Below are positions 63,818 to 64,000 of a DNA stretch of 64,000 nucleotides, in pieces; within the stretch, counting starts at the first letter, position 1; each line of letters begins with the position of its first letter. Source of the DNA: Carpediemonas membranifera BICM (taxonomy: Eukaryota; Protista; Fornicata). Location: positions 171,566 to 235,565 of the forward strand of contig JAHDYR010000062.1 in the NCBI GenBank assembly GCA_019828565.1, written 5' to 3'. The position numbers were made by a program, and so were the translations under genes. A model generated the notes under the pieces. The model did not search any database, was not told the origin of the DNA, and worked only from the letters and a program-made list of their open reading frames with translations.

Positions 63818-64000
63818 TTACCATGTCCTTACTCCTCTCCGTGGACTCCCACTGCCGCTGCAGCTGTCCTCGGCCCGACTCACTTGCTGTCCTTTGTAGA
63901 CTCTTGCATTACCGTGATGAACTGGGTCATCAGGTCCATGGGTGAGATCTGCTTGGCCTTCTTAGCCTTCGTGCTTTGTGCCGATCGGGCTTCTCCCTTG
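63818..64000 (-). CDS. ORF1 copy E, C-terminal end
   Basis: Matches the ORF1 3' end of other copies (…ISPMDLMTQFITVMQ…VRTW*). Confidence 0.65.

Larger units (their letters stand above)
1..64000. repeat. Higher-order tandem repeat of ~16.25-16.29 kb (element + 27-28 repeat units), about 3.9 copies
   Basis: Array starts at 2411, 18663, 34933 and 51223 (spacings 16252, 16270, 16290). Confidence 0.97.
59018..64000 (-). mobile_element. Retrotransposon copy E (3' part, cut by window end, very noisy)
   Basis: Same 3' junction (AAATGGC|AAAGAAAGAAATTTATGG); collinear with roughly 9970-14850. Confidence 0.9.

Overview
Eukaryote-type repetitive DNA with no ordinary genes. The window is about four head-to-tail copies of a ~16.25-16.29 kb unit. 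Each unit is one ~8.7 kb non-LTR (LINE-type) retrotransposon on the minus strand plus an array of 27-28 copies of a CpG-rich ~278-280 bp repeat. Every element sits at the same position in the repeat and is flanked by a 14-bp target-site duplication (GACCCCCAAATGGC). ORF2 (~1150 aa) encodes an APE endonuclease, a reverse transcriptase (FVDD) and a C-terminal CCHC zinc finger. The main surprise is ORF1 (~1200-1300 aa). It has no gag zinc knuckles that I can see, but it carries a DEDDh 3'-5' exonuclease domain with an E-C-H-C zinc site, the signature of Maelstrom and the arenavirus nucleoprotein exonuclease, with the catalytic residues apparently intact. This points to a repeat-targeting retrotransposon that encodes its own RNA exonuclease, possibly to counter silencing. 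All ORFs are broken by copy-specific, mostly homopolymer indels whose density rises toward the window end. This looks like long-read error, so I reconstructed the proteins by eye across copies. No database search was possible.
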